Source of the DNA: Candidatus Thorarchaeota archaeon
GTDB lineage: Archaea > Asgardarchaeota > Thorarchaeia > Thorarchaeales > Thorarchaeaceae
Reading direction: 5' to 3'
NCBI GenBank assembly: GCA_048884785.1
Contig: JBHLQM010000027.1
Location: 1 to 16,128, forward strand
Length of the DNA: 16,128 bases
The notes beneath the pieces are model-generated. The model did not search any database. It had not been told where the DNA came from and saw only the letters and a list, made by a program, of their open reading frames with translations. Both the position numbers and the translations under genes were made by a program. Shown here piece by piece: positions 15,666-16,128 of the stretch (position 1 is the stretch's first letter; each line of letters begins with the position of its first letter).

Positions 15666-16128
15666 ACAATTCTAAAGGTGCTAGACTGCAACATACATCT
15701 CGAAATACAGGGCGAAGCCCGAGAGTGCGAGCCAAATCAACACCTCTCTGACTGATATATGCAATGCCATTGACACCGCTTCTCACTGCGTATTCATCAG
15801 TCAAGACCTTGTGAGTACCTATCGGACGTGCACACCCTAGCAAGAGAGGCACAGATTCCATTCCAATACGAGCAATGGTGATTACTCTTCCAATGATTTC
15901 AGGAGATGGTGGTTCCAGTCCGTGCATGGGCGTTCCACGCTGAGGACTCAGCGCTATAATCACAACAGCCTGTGGTTCTCTCTGAGCAATCATGTCAAGA
16001 GCCTCGAGTTCGCCGTTCAGCTTTCCGTAATCGAGCCCAACCAACACATGTGGTGCAATTGGAATTCCATTTTCTCTTAGAAGGTCTAGTGTCTTAGCCA
16101 TGCTAGCAGGTCCTGAATCTAGATGGTA
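15649..16128 (-). CDS. lipS1: Radical SAM protein C-terminus, LipS1-type lipoyl synthase component (biotin synthase-related), 5'-truncated
   Basis: Frame open to the window end. PHVLVGL, P.RGTPM, LGCARP and terminal VCCS match the GC(M/A)R and CC motifs described for Thermococcus LipS1. The CxxxCxxC motif lies outside the window. Confidence 0.7.
   Translation of the reverse strand, partial: YHLDSGPASMAKTLDLLRENGIPIAPHVLVGLDYGKLNGELEALDMIAQREPQAVVIIALSPQRGTPMHGLEPPSPEIIGRVITIARIGMESVPLLLGCARPIGTHKVLTDEYAVRSGVNGIAYISQRGVDLARTLGLRPVFRDVCCSLAPLELSRSGV

Noticed and set aside
1-16128. CRISPR arrays, transposases, integrases, tRNA or rRNA genes
   Set aside because: No regularly spaced repeats, mobile-element ORFs or cloverleaf structures were seen.

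Overview
Archaeal chromosomal window, probably Asgard/Thorarchaeia-like. That placement is an inference from gene content and style (eL33, uL16/L10e, DHS, SRP54, GGTGA/GAGG Shine-Dalgarno sites) and is not verified. It is mostly housekeeping. The A/V-type ATP synthase locus is fragmented: F-A are together, B has its own promoter, and a family-4 uracil-DNA glycosylase plus a tandem VirB2/TrbC-pilin-like membrane gene lie between A and B. Next come an orphan pyrI and a translation/RNA-modification block (srp54, degenerate trmY-like, DRG-type GTPase, trmJ, rpl10e). A small metal-homeostasis-like cluster follows (CopD-like, His-rich membrane microprotein, short bacterioferritin, VOC protein), then deoxyhypusine synthase, rpl35ae, two membrane proteins and the C-terminus of a LipS1-type radical SAM enzyme. 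The best non-ORF signals are two. (1) An unannotated dual-guide box C/D sRNA at 15027-15099 with two K-turns. Its guides are complementary to 23S rRNA helix 69 and the adjacent GUAGCCAA segment, predicting 2'-O-methylation at A1913 (E. coli numbering, the site equivalent to yeast Am2256/snR63) and C1934. (2) A structured leader upstream of dhs with a hairpin sequestering the SD and AUG, plus a mutually exclusive alternative helix, a candidate riboswitch-like translational control. All calls come from reading the sequence by eye; no searches were run.
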